From: a virus
Taxonomy: Duplodnaviria; Caudoviricetes
IMG/VR virus record: IMGVR_UViG_3300044825_000433
Span: 1 to 49,067 of that record
Strand: one strand, 5' to 3'
Length of the DNA: 49,067 bases
Shown: one piece after another, positions 10,465 through 20,465 of the stretch
Numbering within the stretch: the first letter of the stretch is position 1
How the letters are laid out: each line of letters starts with the position of its first letter
The notes under the pieces: model-generated
Database searches by the model: none
The model's input: only the letters and a program-made list of their open reading frames with translations
What the model was told of the DNA's origin: nothing
Translations under genes and position numbers: made by a program

Positions 10465-10837
10465 GTTCTGCATTGCCATCACCTTCTGCTTCACCGTGGT
10501 GATCATGGTGGGCATCAGTCTATATAGTGTTGTCTTTGTGACACAACCTATGTCGGGGATGGCTCCGGCAGACAAGCAGTTTTTTTTGATCCTCTCAGAC
10601 ATGTCCAAGTACATCTTGGGCAGTCTTGCCACCCTTCTAGCGGTCAAGGGTAAGGATGCTCTGCCTGCGTTTACACCACCCGGTCTGTCCACCAAGGAAG
10701 AGCGGGAGGACAAGCCCACTCCCCCGGTTAAACGCGTAGAGCCAACGCTTGACCCCATATCCTCTGCCCCGCAAGTGGTGGTTGGGTATAAGGGTAAGCC
10801 CGGTCCTGTCCAACCCCCTCACCCGGAGATTGAATAA
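10397..10837 (+). CDS. Holin-like membrane protein (2 TM)
   Basis: Hydrophobic segments FCIAITFCFTVVIMVGISLYSVVFV and YILGSLATLLAV; Pro-rich tail; located in the lysis cassette. Confidence 0.55.
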   Translation: MNPLKLISQFLALTQEQHDAVIKFCIAITFCFTVVIMVGISLYSVVFVTQPMSGMAPADKQFFLILSDMSKYILGSLATLLAVKGKDALPAFTPPGLSTKEEREDKPTPPVKRVEPTLDPISSAPQVVVGYKGKPGPVQPPHPEIE

Positions 10838-10992
10838 TGAAGAAGCTCGTTGCACTTATTGCATTTGTCCCGCTGGTTGCCTTTGCTGGTGGTGAGATGA
10901 AAAAGGTCTGCATCGATGATGCCAAGACCAAGAAGCAGATTTGCAAAACTGTTAAGGTCCACAAGAAGTTGGAAGGCACCAAGCCAAAATGA
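10837..10992 (+). CDS. Small exported basic protein (51 aa; absent from ORF track)
   Basis: MKKLVALIAFVPLVAFA-GGEMKKVCIDDAKTKKQICKTVKVHKKLEGTKPK. Signal peptide ending AFA; coupled to both neighbours by TAATG and ATGA overlaps. Confidence 0.7.
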   Translation: MKKLVALIAFVPLVAFAGGEMKKVCIDDAKTKKQICKTVKVHKKLEGTKPK

Positions 10993-11447
10993 ACCCGTAC
11001 CTCATAGCTGGATCAGTTCTGGCGGTCGTCTTTGCCTATGGCGTGGGTCATTGGCAGGGCGACGAGGCTGGGCAGGCTAAAGTCCAGCAGGAATGGGACA
11101 AAGAACGGGCAGACTCCCTAGTCAAGTACACCGAAGAGGTTGAGAAAGCTAGGGAAAAAGAGCAGAATTGGCAACAAGCTGCGGACAATATTAGGCAGGA
11201 AAAAGACCGTGAACTCAAGAATATTCATGCTCGTAATACCGCTTTGGCTAACATCGTGCGCGACCGTCAAGCCCGTCCCAATGAAGGCAGTGCCGTGCCC
11301 AGTACTCCCGGCGTTAGACAAAGTGGATGTACCGCCAAAGAGCTTTACCGAGAGGATGGAGAGTTTCTTGTCAGGATCGCTAGAGAAGCCGACGACCTCA
11401 GAGCCGCCCTCAAACAATGCTACGCCCAATACGAATCGGTGAAATGA
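10989..11447 (+). CDS. Inner-membrane spanin (Rz-like)
   Basis: N-terminal TM helix followed by a coiled coil; contains an embedded lipoprotein gene. Confidence 0.75.
   Translation: MNPYLIAGSVLAVVFAYGVGHWQGDEAGQAKVQQEWDKERADSLVKYTEEVEKAREKEQNWQQAADNIRQEKDRELKNIHARNTALANIVRDRQARPNEGSAVPSTPGVRQSGCTAKELYREDGEFLVRIAREADDLRAALKQCYAQYESVK
11227..11442 (+). CDS. Outer-membrane spanin (Rz1-like), fully embedded in the i-spanin gene
   Basis: MLVIPLWLTS-C lipobox and a Pro-rich mature part (CATVKPVPMKAVPCPVLP), in the +1 frame inside the Rz-like gene. Confidence 0.75.
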   Translation: MLVIPLWLTSCATVKPVPMKAVPCPVLPALDKVDVPPKSFTERMESFLSGSLEKPTTSEPPSNNATPNTNR

Positions 11448-11448
11448 A

Positions 11449-13764
11449 ATGCCATTAAAGAAACTTCTTTTCAAGGCAGGTGTAAACAGGGAAAACACAC
11501 GATATACCAATGAGAATGGTTGGTATGACTGTGACAAGATCCGTTTTCGCCAAGGCACACCTGAGAAAATTGGGGGTTGGGAAAGAATTTCTGAGAGCAG
11601 TTTTGATGGCGTTTGCCGCTCCTTGTGGAATTGGGTGACCCTCAATGGAACCAACCTGATCAGCCTTGGGACGAACAAGAAGTTCTATATCTCTCAGGGC
11701 GGGGAATATTTTGATGTCACCCCCATCAGGGATTCTGTGACGCTGACCAATCCCTTTGACACAACCAACAACTCCTCAACAATCACGGTTACCGATGCAA
11801 ACGGCGGGTATCAAACTGGGGACTTTGTAACGTTCTACGGAAGCTCTGCCACAGGGAATCTAACCATTCTTGGGGAACATGAGATTCTTTCCGTCAATGG
11901 GAATGATTACACCATTGCAATGTCTTCTGAGGTTGTCATTGCAGCGGGGAGCCCTGCTGTGTTTACCTCTACGTTTAAACTGGCAAACAACACGCCGGTT
12001 GTTCTTTCCACCACAGGATCTTTGCCTCCTCCTTTTGTTGCAGGCACGACCTACTACGTTGTAAACACAACAGACTACACGTTTAACCTAGCTGCCACTT
12101 CCGGCGGTCCAGCTATTTCTGCAATTGGTAGCTCTCAGTCTGGGGTTCATACGGTTACTGCCAAGGCGACATCTACGGTGACCAACGGTGGCGGCACGGT
12201 TCAAGCTGTCTATCAAATCAGCGTAGGACCAGAGATCGCTGTTCCCATCACAGGATGGGGCGCAGGCGAATGGGGTGTGGGACCGTGGGGCATTGGTTCA
12301 AACTCCCAGCAAGCACTTCGTCTTTGGAGCCAGACCAACTTTGGTGAAGACTTGGTCTTTGGTCCAAGGGGCGGTGCCCTTTATTATTGGGATGCAACGA
12401 TTGGGGTGTTTGGCACAACAGCCTCTATTACGATCGCCAGCCCTGCCGTTCTCACGCTGGGTGCCATCTTGTCTGATGGCATGGCAGTTACCCTAACCAC
12501 TACAGGCAGTCTGCCTACAGGTCTTCTACCCGGCGTTGTCTACTACGTAGTTAATGCTTCCAGCACAACCTGCAATCTTGCAGCGACCCCCGGTGGAACG
12601 CCAATTAATACATCTGGTTCCCAATCGGGAAGCCACAGGATCGCATCAAGAGCAATTGCGGTGGCTGATCTTGATGGGGCCTCCGATGTGCCACTCGAAC
12701 AGAATTGCATCACGGTCTCGGATATTAGCCGCTTCACCTTCTGCTTTGGCGCAAACGATTACCTTGGAACAACATTTGACCCGATGCTGGTCAGATGGTC
12801 AGACCAAGAAAGCGTTACCAACTGGACTCCATCGCCAACAAATCAGGCAGGTAGCGTAAGACTCTCGCACGGGTCAGAGATTGTTACTTCCCTCCAAAGC
12901 CGTCAGGAAATCCTTGTTTGGACAGATGTCTCCTTGTATTCATTGCAATATGTCAATCCACCGATTGTGTGGGGGACTCAATTGCTAGGGGATAACCTTT
13001 CTATCATCAGTCAAAATTCTGCTGCCTTGGCAAGTGGTACGGCTTTCTGGATGGGTGTGGATAAGTTCTACAAGTACGACGGTCGGGTTCAGACCTTGCG
13101 TTGCGACTTAAGAAAGTTTATCTACAACGACATCAACCGGGATCAGGTTGACCAGATATTTTGCGGGACGAACGAAGGCTTCAACGAGGTCTGGTGGTTC
13201 TACTGCACGGCAGGTTCTACCGTCATTGACCGGTACGTTGTCTATAACTACTTGGAAGACATCTGGTACTACGGAGACCTTGGCAGGACTGCATGGCTTG
13301 ACTCCCCGTATCAGCAGGGCCCGATTGCCACAACCTACATCCACAACACGGTTGTTCATGAGATTGGCAACGATAACAAAGAGACAAGTACAACGGTTCC
13401 CATTGAGGCATACATCAACTCTGCCGAGTTTGACTTGGACGATGGGCACAACTTCTCGTTTGTCTGGCGTGTTCTCCCAGACATCACGTTTAACGGTTCA
13501 ACAGCTTCCAGCCCAACGGCGACCATGTATTTAAAGCCGATGAAGAACTCAGGATCGGGATATACAACTCCTCCGTCCGTTGGTGGGTATGCAAGCAGGG
13601 ATATTGTCAGAACCGCAGAGATTCCCATTGAAGAGTTCACCGGGCAGATTTACACGCGGGTTAGAGGAAGGCAGATAACTCTGGAGCTAAGGTCAACCGA
13701 GGTTGGCGTTGCTTGGCAGCTTGGCTCTCCAAGGCTGGACATCAGACCTGATGGGCGCAGATGA
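11449..13764 (+). CDS. Tail tubular/DNA-stabilisation protein (P22 gp10/T7 gp12-like nozzle)
   Basis: 771 aa, beta-rich, with VRWSDQE, FWMG..FYKYDG and EVWWFY motifs. Two inserted LxTTGSLP..GxxYYVVN..NLAATxGG repeats. Confidence 0.65.
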   Translation: MPLKKLLFKAGVNRENTRYTNENGWYDCDKIRFRQGTPEKIGGWERISESSFDGVCRSLWNWVTLNGTNLISLGTNKKFYISQGGEYFDVTPIRDSVTLTNPFDTTNNSSTITVTDANGGYQTGDFVTFYGSSATGNLTILGEHEILSVNGNDYTIAMSSEVVIAAGSPAVFTSTFKLANNTPVVLSTTGSLPPPFVAGTTYYVVNTTDYTFNLAATSGGPAISAIGSSQSGVHTVTAKATSTVTNGGGTVQAVYQISVGPEIAVPITGWGAGEWGVGPWGIGSNSQQALRLWSQTNFGEDLVFGPRGGALYYWDATIGVFGTTASITIASPAVLTLGAILSDGMAVTLTTTGSLPTGLLPGVVYYVVNASSTTCNLAATPGGTPINTSGSQSGSHRIASRAIAVADLDGASDVPLEQNCITVSDISRFTFCFGANDYLGTTFDPMLVRWSDQESVTNWTPSPTNQAGSVRLSHGSEIVTSLQSRQEILVWTDVSLYSLQYVNPPIVWGTQLLGDNLSIISQNSAALASGTAFWMGVDKFYKYDGRVQTLRCDLRKFIYNDINRDQVDQIFCGTNEGFNEVWWFYCTAGSTVIDRYVVYNYLEDIWYYGDLGRTAWLDSPYQQGPIATTYIHNTVVHEIGNDNKETSTTVPIEAYINSAEFDLDDGHNFSFVWRVLPDITFNGSTASSPTATMYLKPMKNSGSGYTTPPSVGGYASRDIVRTAEIPIEEFTGQIYTRVRGRQITLELRSTEVGVAWQLGSPRLDIRPDGRR

Positions 13765-15161
13765 GTACACAAATTGTCATTACAGAATCATTGGAGCTTT
13801 ATTCAACCAAAGCTCCAGCATTGCCGTATGCTCCTGATGTATACAACAAGGAGTACCACAATCAGTTAAACAACATCCTGCGTCTGTATTTCAACACGCT
13901 GGATCAATACTTGGCGCAATTTATGGCTAACGGATCAACACTACCGGTATCAATAGGGGGCACCAACACGGATGCTTTTGGGCGGCTTCGGGTAAGCCAG
14001 CCATACACCCTGTTTGACAGCCAGAACAGATATGCTGCCGACAACCAGTTTGATGTAGCTACAACCGGGACAGGGACAACAACCTACTTGTCCAACGAGG
14101 CTGCAATCAAGATGGAGGTTACTGCCGGGGGCGTGGGATCAGTTAAACGGCAGTCTTATAGATCGTTCCCGTACCAGCCCGGTAAAGGCTTGCTTGTCTT
14201 GGCGACTTTTGTCATGGACAGCAGCCAAAACGTCAACCTGACCCAGCGGGTTGGTTACTACAATGACAATAACGGTGTGTTCTTTCAGCGTGTGGATGGT
14301 GTGTATTCATTTGTCCTGCGCTCAAGCTCTACTCCGACACCGGGCACACCCAGCGACATCCGCACAGTTAATCAAGATGATTGGAACGGGGACAAGCTGG
14401 ACGGTACAGGGACGAGTGGTTTAACGCTAGACCCATCCAAGGCTCAGATTCTGTGGATGGATTTTGAATGGTTGGGTGTGGGGTCAGTCCGTTGCGGTTT
14501 TATCATCAACGGTGAATACATTGTCTGCCATACGTTCAACAATGCTAACGACATCACATCCGTTTACATGACTACAGCTATCCTGCCGGTACGGTATGAG
14601 ATAAGCACTACCTCTGCGATTGCGGCGTCAATGAAGGCTATCTGCTGTTCGGTAGTATCAGAAGGCGGGTTTGAGCAAATATCCATAGACCATGTAGCGC
14701 GGCGCACTACAGTTTTTACCAACATCGACACGGCAGCGACGTTCTACCCTATTGTGTCCATCCGTTTGGCAACAGGTCGCACGGGAGCAGTAGTATTGCC
14801 AAATAGAGTGCAGTTCTTGCCATTGACTAATCAAAACTATGAGGTGGCTCTTTTAAAGAATCCGACATTGACGGGCGCTACATGGGCTGCAACGGTTCCA
14901 ACAGATAGCAATGTTGAATACGATGTTGCGGCAACAGCAATTACCAATGTTGGAACTATTGTGCAAACTGACTACATTACATCGACCGGTAGCGGCGGCA
15001 CTCAAAACACCGAAGCTCCCACGGGATACAACTGGGATTTACAGCTTGGTGCTTCTATTTCTGGAACGAGCGACGTTTACACGCTTGCGGTGCGCACCGT
15101 AGATGGGGCAACCAAGGGAAGTGGTGTTGGCTCTCTGTCTTTCTATGATCTAACCCAGTAA
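13761..15161 (+). CDS. Virion protein with beta-sandwich/lectin-like C-terminal region
   Basis: ATGA-coupled to the previous gene. APALPYAP...ILRLYFN N-terminus and a DAFGRLRVSQPYTLFD region of the kind seen in phage structural proteins. Confidence 0.55.
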   Translation: MSTQIVITESLELYSTKAPALPYAPDVYNKEYHNQLNNILRLYFNTLDQYLAQFMANGSTLPVSIGGTNTDAFGRLRVSQPYTLFDSQNRYAADNQFDVATTGTGTTTYLSNEAAIKMEVTAGGVGSVKRQSYRSFPYQPGKGLLVLATFVMDSSQNVNLTQRVGYYNDNNGVFFQRVDGVYSFVLRSSSTPTPGTPSDIRTVNQDDWNGDKLDGTGTSGLTLDPSKAQILWMDFEWLGVGSVRCGFIINGEYIVCHTFNNANDITSVYMTTAILPVRYEISTTSAIAASMKAICCSVVSEGGFEQISIDHVARRTTVFTNIDTAATFYPIVSIRLATGRTGAVVLPNRVQFLPLTNQNYEVALLKNPTLTGATWAATVPTDSNVEYDVAATAITNVGTIVQTDYITSTGSGGTQNTEAPTGYNWDLQLGASISGTSDVYTLAVRTVDGATKGSGVGSLSFYDLTQ

Positions 15162-15171
15162 AGGATATATC

Positions 15172-18100
15172 GTGGCATACACCGCTGTAAAACTGGCAGA
15201 TGTACAGAAAGCAATTAATGCAATTGATGATGCAGAGAAAGCCTATGCAGACGAAAAGGCAAAGCTTGTCCCCTCAAAAACAGCGCTAGAAAATGCCATT
15301 AAAAATAGGGATACAGCCCTTGCAAAGTTTAACGATATTAAAAATAACCTAGAGAAAACTGTCAAAGAAGACTCTAGGTATGTAACAGCATCCAAGGCTC
15401 TCCAAGAAAAGAAAGACGCTTTAACCAAAGCACAGCAATACTACGACTCAAAGCAATACCTAAAGGATAACTCTGCTTATCAAAACGCTTTGACTGCATA
15501 CAACAATGCAGTTACTGAAGCCAACAAGATAACGCAATACAGAGACTCTGGCGACTACCTAAGAGATGACAAGACATATCAAGGCGCTTTAAACCTTTTA
15601 AAAACTCGCGAGGAAGAGCTTAGAAAAGCCAACGACTTTAGAAATTCTTCAGACCGAATCAACAATGATTCTGATGTCAAATACAACCGTCAGAAGGTTG
15701 AGGATTCAAAAAGAGCAATTCAAATTGCGCAAGATGATTTAAACAAGTCGAGCGAAAGAGACAGGGGTTATTACGAGGGCAAGCTTAACGAAGCCAAGTC
15801 ACAGTTAAGCAAATGGGAGAACGAGCTTCAGGCCACCATCAATAGATCTGAAGAGAAAGCCACCTCGGAAGTAAATAAATTTATCAAGCTTCGCGATGAA
15901 GCTGATAAAGCAATGGTCGATGCCAAGACCGCTGCCGACAATTCAATAAATTCCAAGATAACTGCTGCCCAGTCCACAAGAAACACAGCAGATGCGAATC
16001 TTGTAAAGGCAGAAACCTCTGCGACTGCTGCCGCCAAATCTTCTTATGACGCTGCAAAAACAGCATTTGATGCGGCAGATTCTAACTTTGGCAAAGTTAA
16101 TGATTTGGTCAGAAAAGAGTACGACACCAAACTGGTCGTGCCTGCGCAGAACGCATACAACAAAGCTATTGAAGATGTTTCTGCTGCCGAAACCAGTTAC
16201 AACAAGATAAACGACAGTCTCGAAGGTTTACAAAAAGCAGTCCCTGAAAGAATTCAGGATGTAAACAATTATCTTAATACTTTTAAATCCAGTATTGAGG
16301 ATATTAAAACTACTTCCGATGCAACTGCTGCTCAAGCAGTTTTGGATGGGATAAAAAAGTCTATCCAAGACTCTGGAAATGAACAATTAAAAAAAATCGC
16401 TGGCGTTACTATTGCTGATATTAATCTGGCTCAAGATAAGCTAGAAGTCAATACGTATCGGATTGAAGGCGCAATGCCCAATCTGTTTCCTAACACAGAC
16501 CCAGAAACAGGTCTGCCAATACTTGATCAAAAGAAGCTAGATGCCGCATTGAAATCAAGTAACTATGCAAATAAAAACCAAATAAGGAACTTTGGTGGTT
16601 TTGGCTGGAGCATGGCATCTGACAATGCCGTAGTCATAAGGGGTCCTGCTGTTGTTGGAATTGACGAAGGTAGTGTAAACACCGGTACTGGACTTCAGTT
16701 TGCTAGAGGATATGTAAAACCCGGAACTAACCAAGCTGCTACAGATGAGGACTTTAAAAAAGCAACAGAACAGCTTGGAATAAATTACGAAGATTATGTA
16801 AAGCCAGTTAAGTTTGTTCCTTCAAGCGGTGGATATGGAATAACAGAAAAAGCCACAGCACAAAATTCCAAAGAATATACAGATCCTGTAACAGGAGAAA
16901 CGTATCTTGCTAGATTGTCTAATGGAGAATATCTAACAAAGCTTGATCGTGACAATTTATACAAAGACATTTCTGACAAAACAAAAGATTTTTATCTTGT
17001 ATCAAACGCTTTAGAAAATATTGGAAATAATAAGCCAACCAAACATGCTTCAATTTTGTTTAAAGCAGATGGGTCTGGCAATCTAACGCCTGTAGTCAAT
17101 CAACAGGGCGCTCCTGTCGTCAATTACTATACAGCCACTAGGAACGTCACTGGTGAGACTTGGTACGGCGATCTACTTCCTGTTGCTGCCATTGGGCTTT
17201 CTTTGGCGCTTCCCGGAATAGGTTCGGCAATATCATCAAGCACATTAGGCGCTTCTTTAGCCACCACTCTTGGAAGTCAGGTTGCTGCCAACGCAGTTAT
17301 TAATGCCACATTGAGCGCAGCATTGTCTGCTGCGACAGGTGGTGATCCTATTAAAGCAGCCATCACTGCGGGACTGGGAACAGCAGTCACTGCAAATATT
17401 GGGGATATTGCAAAAGCAGTTGGCATTGATGACGATGTAATAGGTTCGATTACAAGCGCAATTAACAATTACGGCGGCAATGTAACGGATAAAGATATAA
17501 AAAATATTATTGGTAACGGGCTTACTACTGCTCTTGTAACTGGAGCAACAGATAGCGACAAGATACTTGAGAATGTCCTTACCAGTGTTGCCGGTAACTT
17601 TGCTGATGCCAATGTAAAAAACTATGTTGCAGACTCTCTGGCAGATTCAATCGACAGGCAGAAACTAGCTTCCGCAGCAGATGCCGCTGGAAATGTGGCG
17701 AACGTAGCTACAAACGCACTTATTTCTGGCGTTGACATAGAGACTGCCTTGACCAAAGCAGCCCCAAGCATATTGGCAAGTGCATCAACAGCATATGATA
17801 ACGCTTTAAAAGGCAAAGTTGCTTTAAACGAATCTGAGTTATCCCCCGAAGCCAAGAAGATCTATGACAACTACATTGCCAGTGGCATAGACCAATCTTC
17901 TGCGCTTGTAGCGGCTTCTGCCGCCGATCCCAAGTTTAAAGCACTTGAATACGGTAAACAGTTTGGTCCTGCGTTGGCAGAGCTTGATCTAAGCAAGCTG
18001 CCACAAGTCTTCCAAAACATCCCGAAGGATACCAACCTAAGATATGTTGGTAAGGATGCTGATGGCAGAGATCAATACGTAATCACTGACAAAGAAGGTG

Positions 18101-19683
18101 GTCAAGGTTTATACACAATACAACCTGACGGCACAGCAACCATCTCTACAACTGTGCCTTCAGAGATTGCTGCCCGCGCAAAAGACACATTGACCCTTGA
18201 TGAGGCTTCAACTGCAAATGTTCTGCCGCCCACATTAAAGAAAGAAACCGGCTTCTTTGATGACCTAGGTGGTGTTATTTCTACCGGAACATCTTCTTCA
18301 TTTGGTCAATCTCGCTCCCTAGTTGGCAAACTTGCAGATGAGTTTGAGGTAAAACTTGAACCAACTGGTTCCACAATAATTAACAAAGCCACTGGCAAAG
18401 AAATAACCCCAGAGCAATATGACGATCTTCTTAAAGCAGGAAAGATTGTCGGAGGGTTTAAATTCATTGCCGATGATGTCTTCGTGGAGTTCGGAGACAA
18501 AAGTAAAAACATAGATGAAAAGATAGTTTGGTATGACCTACAGCCGCCAGATATTAAACAAAAGATAAACCAAAGAATTGCAGAAAATGTAGACAACTAC
18601 ACAAAGCAAGTTGAGCAGGAGTGGCAGCAAACCCCGCCAGAGCAAAAGTTCAATGTAACTCCTCTGGATGTACAGAGAACCATAAAGGATTACGAAACCT
18701 CCACTTCTGAAGGTGGTGGTGGCGCTCAACAGCCTTCCCCCGAACCTCCGGGAGAAGTTGCGCCTGTTGCGAAGCCTGCGTTTAAACCTTTTGAAAGTCA
18801 GACCTTTGAGGCAATTCAAGAGGCTCTAAGAACGTCGCAGCCTCAGGCAGAAACCGCCCTTTCTAAAGCTGTCTCCAGTGTTAGCATTGCCAATGATGCA
18901 ATGCCAAATGCAGATATTGTTTTAAAACAATACGCAAAAGATCCTGCTGTCAGCGACTATTACACTAGCGCTGCAAAAAAGAATTTTGATTTGATGGGTG
19001 TTCAGCCCACAGAGGATCAGATTAGCCAGAATGCTGCCAATCTTTATATGAGCGATTTGAAGGAGATATTTGCTCCTTCAAGCCAAGCTCCAACCCAGCA
19101 AGAGCCAACGCAAGCTCCACCACAGCCTACTGCGCCTCCTAGTTCTACGACCCAGCCTTCACAAGAGCCGGGAGGCGGTCAGCAAGGAGTCTCTGGAGAA
19201 ACCCCCGGCTCAACACCGGGGCCAAGCACATCTCCAACTCAAGGGACTGGAGGAACGGGAACTGGCACGGGCACAGGGGCAGGTACAGGAAGTGGTACAG
19301 GAACAGGTTCTGGCGCGGGATCTGGAGCCGGGACAGGTACAGGAACAGGAACAGGTGGCGGTGTTACCACCGTCACCCAGCCTTCAGGAATTGCCAGTTT
19401 GTTTGGTGCGCTTGCTCCTTCTGCGCAACCCCAAACCCAAGGTGGGCAACTACCCTTGGCATCTGTCTTTTACTACGGCAAAGAGTTTGGATCACCCCGA
19501 CAAGAGGTGGGACAGGGCGGTCAATTGTTGCAAGAAATGTATCGCCCTTTAAGTGTTTCCCAACCGGGACCTGAACTTGCTGCATCTGGAGAAAAGGGAG
19601 AAAATGCCATAAGTGCATTACTCCAATCCATATTGGCAGAAAAAGGCGACGAGGAAGATATTCTCAATATTTTAAGAGGTTAA
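15172..19683 (+). CDS. Large internal virion/ejection protein candidate (1503 aa)
   Basis: About 400-aa N-terminal coiled coil, an Ala/Gly-rich hydrophobic middle, and a PQ-rich plus (GT/GS)n linker near the C-terminus. Confidence 0.55.
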   Translation: MAYTAVKLADVQKAINAIDDAEKAYADEKAKLVPSKTALENAIKNRDTALAKFNDIKNNLEKTVKEDSRYVTASKALQEKKDALTKAQQYYDSKQYLKDNSAYQNALTAYNNAVTEANKITQYRDSGDYLRDDKTYQGALNLLKTREEELRKANDFRNSSDRINNDSDVKYNRQKVEDSKRAIQIAQDDLNKSSERDRGYYEGKLNEAKSQLSKWENELQATINRSEEKATSEVNKFIKLRDEADKAMVDAKTAADNSINSKITAAQSTRNTADANLVKAETSATAAAKSSYDAAKTAFDAADSNFGKVNDLVRKEYDTKLVVPAQNAYNKAIEDVSAAETSYNKINDSLEGLQKAVPERIQDVNNYLNTFKSSIEDIKTTSDATAAQAVLDGIKKSIQDSGNEQLKKIAGVTIADINLAQDKLEVNTYRIEGAMPNLFPNTDPETGLPILDQKKLDAALKSSNYANKNQIRNFGGFGWSMASDNAVVIRGPAVVGIDEGSVNTGTGLQFARGYVKPGTNQAATDEDFKKATEQLGINYEDYVKPVKFVPSSGGYGITEKATAQNSKEYTDPVTGETYLARLSNGEYLTKLDRDNLYKDISDKTKDFYLVSNALENIGNNKPTKHASILFKADGSGNLTPVVNQQGAPVVNYYTATRNVTGETWYGDLLPVAAIGLSLALPGIGSAISSSTLGASLATTLGSQVAANAVINATLSAALSAATGGDPIKAAITAGLGTAVTANIGDIAKAVGIDDDVIGSITSAINNYGGNVTDKDIKNIIGNGLTTALVTGATDSDKILENVLTSVAGNFADANVKNYVADSLADSIDRQKLASAADAAGNVANVATNALISGVDIETALTKAAPSILASASTAYDNALKGKVALNESELSPEAKKIYDNYIASGIDQSSALVAASAADPKFKALEYGKQFGPALAELDLSKLPQVFQNIPKDTNLRYVGKDADGRDQYVITDKEGGQGLYTIQPDGTATISTTVPSEIAARAKDTLTLDEASTANVLPPTLKKETGFFDDLGGVISTGTSSSFGQSRSLVGKLADEFEVKLEPTGSTIINKATGKEITPEQYDDLLKAGKIVGGFKFIADDVFVEFGDKSKNIDEKIVWYDLQPPDIKQKINQRIAENVDNYTKQVEQEWQQTPPEQKFNVTPLDVQRTIKDYETSTSEGGGGAQQPSPEPPGEVAPVAKPAFKPFESQTFEAIQEALRTSQPQAETALSKAVSSVSIANDAMPNADIVLKQYAKDPAVSDYYTSAAKKNFDLMGVQPTEDQISQNAANLYMSDLKEIFAPSSQAPTQQEPTQAPPQPTAPPSSTTQPSQEPGGGQQGVSGETPGSTPGPSTSPTQGTGGTGTGTGTGAGTGSGTGTGSGAGSGAGTGTGTGTGGGVTTVTQPSGIASLFGALAPSAQPQTQGGQLPLASVFYYGKEFGSPRQEVGQGGQLLQEMYRPLSVSQPGPELAASGEKGENAISALLQSILAEKGDEEDILNILRG

Positions 19684-19685
19684 TC

Positions 19686-20456
19686 ATGGCTGACTATGAT
19701 TGGACAGGCGGCACAACAATTACAGGCGACTCTGGCGGTAGCACATCTAGCGGATCAGGCGGTTCCAGTTGGAGTGACATTTGGAACACGATAACAAGCA
19801 GTGACCTTGTTTCTTCCGGCGGGAAAGTCCTAGACTACATCAGCGGTGTTTTGGGTGGAGAACAAGGCAAGGGCGCTCAAGTTGGCGGTATAGCTGCTCT
19901 TTCCTATTTGCTAAATCAGATGGGGGGCAGTGGTCAGCCCAAGTATTCTGGATACACCGGCGGCATTCCCTCCTACACCGCAACCAGAGAACAGAATGTC
20001 ATCCCGACAACTGTTACCACACCATCTGGTCAGACCGTCCCGCGTCGTCCCGGATCTGGCGGCATTTCTTACTTTAAACCTATCACATACACTCCAAAAG
20101 CAGCAGAGGGTGGTTTGATGGAAGGATACCCATCTGAGCCTGTTATCAAAATGGCAGATGGTGGCATTGCTTCACTTGGTGGGTACTCTGATGGTGGTCG
20201 TCTTTTGAAAGGACCCGGCGATGGAGTTTCTGATTCTATCCCTGCTGTTATTGGCGAACGCCAGCCTGCTCGTCTTGCTGATGGCGAGTTTGTAATCCCT
20301 GCGCGGATCGTGTCAGAGCTTGGCAATGGAAGCACCGAGGCTGGTGCCAGAAAGCTCTATGCCATGATGGATCGCATTCAGAAACAACGTAAAAAGACAG
20401 TTGGCAAAGGCAAGGTTGCTGTCAATTCCAAAGCAGACAAACACTTGCCAGCATAA
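19686..20456 (+). CDS. Internal virion protein candidate
   Basis: GAGG RBS. C-terminal GPGDGVSDSIPA...RLADGEFVIPA domain of the kind found in phage virion/tape-measure-associated proteins. Confidence 0.6.
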   Translation: MADYDWTGGTTITGDSGGSTSSGSGGSSWSDIWNTITSSDLVSSGGKVLDYISGVLGGEQGKGAQVGGIAALSYLLNQMGGSGQPKYSGYTGGIPSYTATREQNVIPTTVTTPSGQTVPRRPGSGGISYFKPITYTPKAAEGGLMEGYPSEPVIKMADGGIASLGGYSDGGRLLKGPGDGVSDSIPAVIGERQPARLADGEFVIPARIVSELGNGSTEAGARKLYAMMDRIQKQRKKTVGKGKVAVNSKADKHLPA

Positions 20457-20465
20457 GGAGTAATC

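Noticed and set aside
19240-19360. GGxACx tandem DNA repeat as a regulatory element
   Set aside because: It is fully explained by a Gly-Thr/Ser protein linker with varied synonymous codons.
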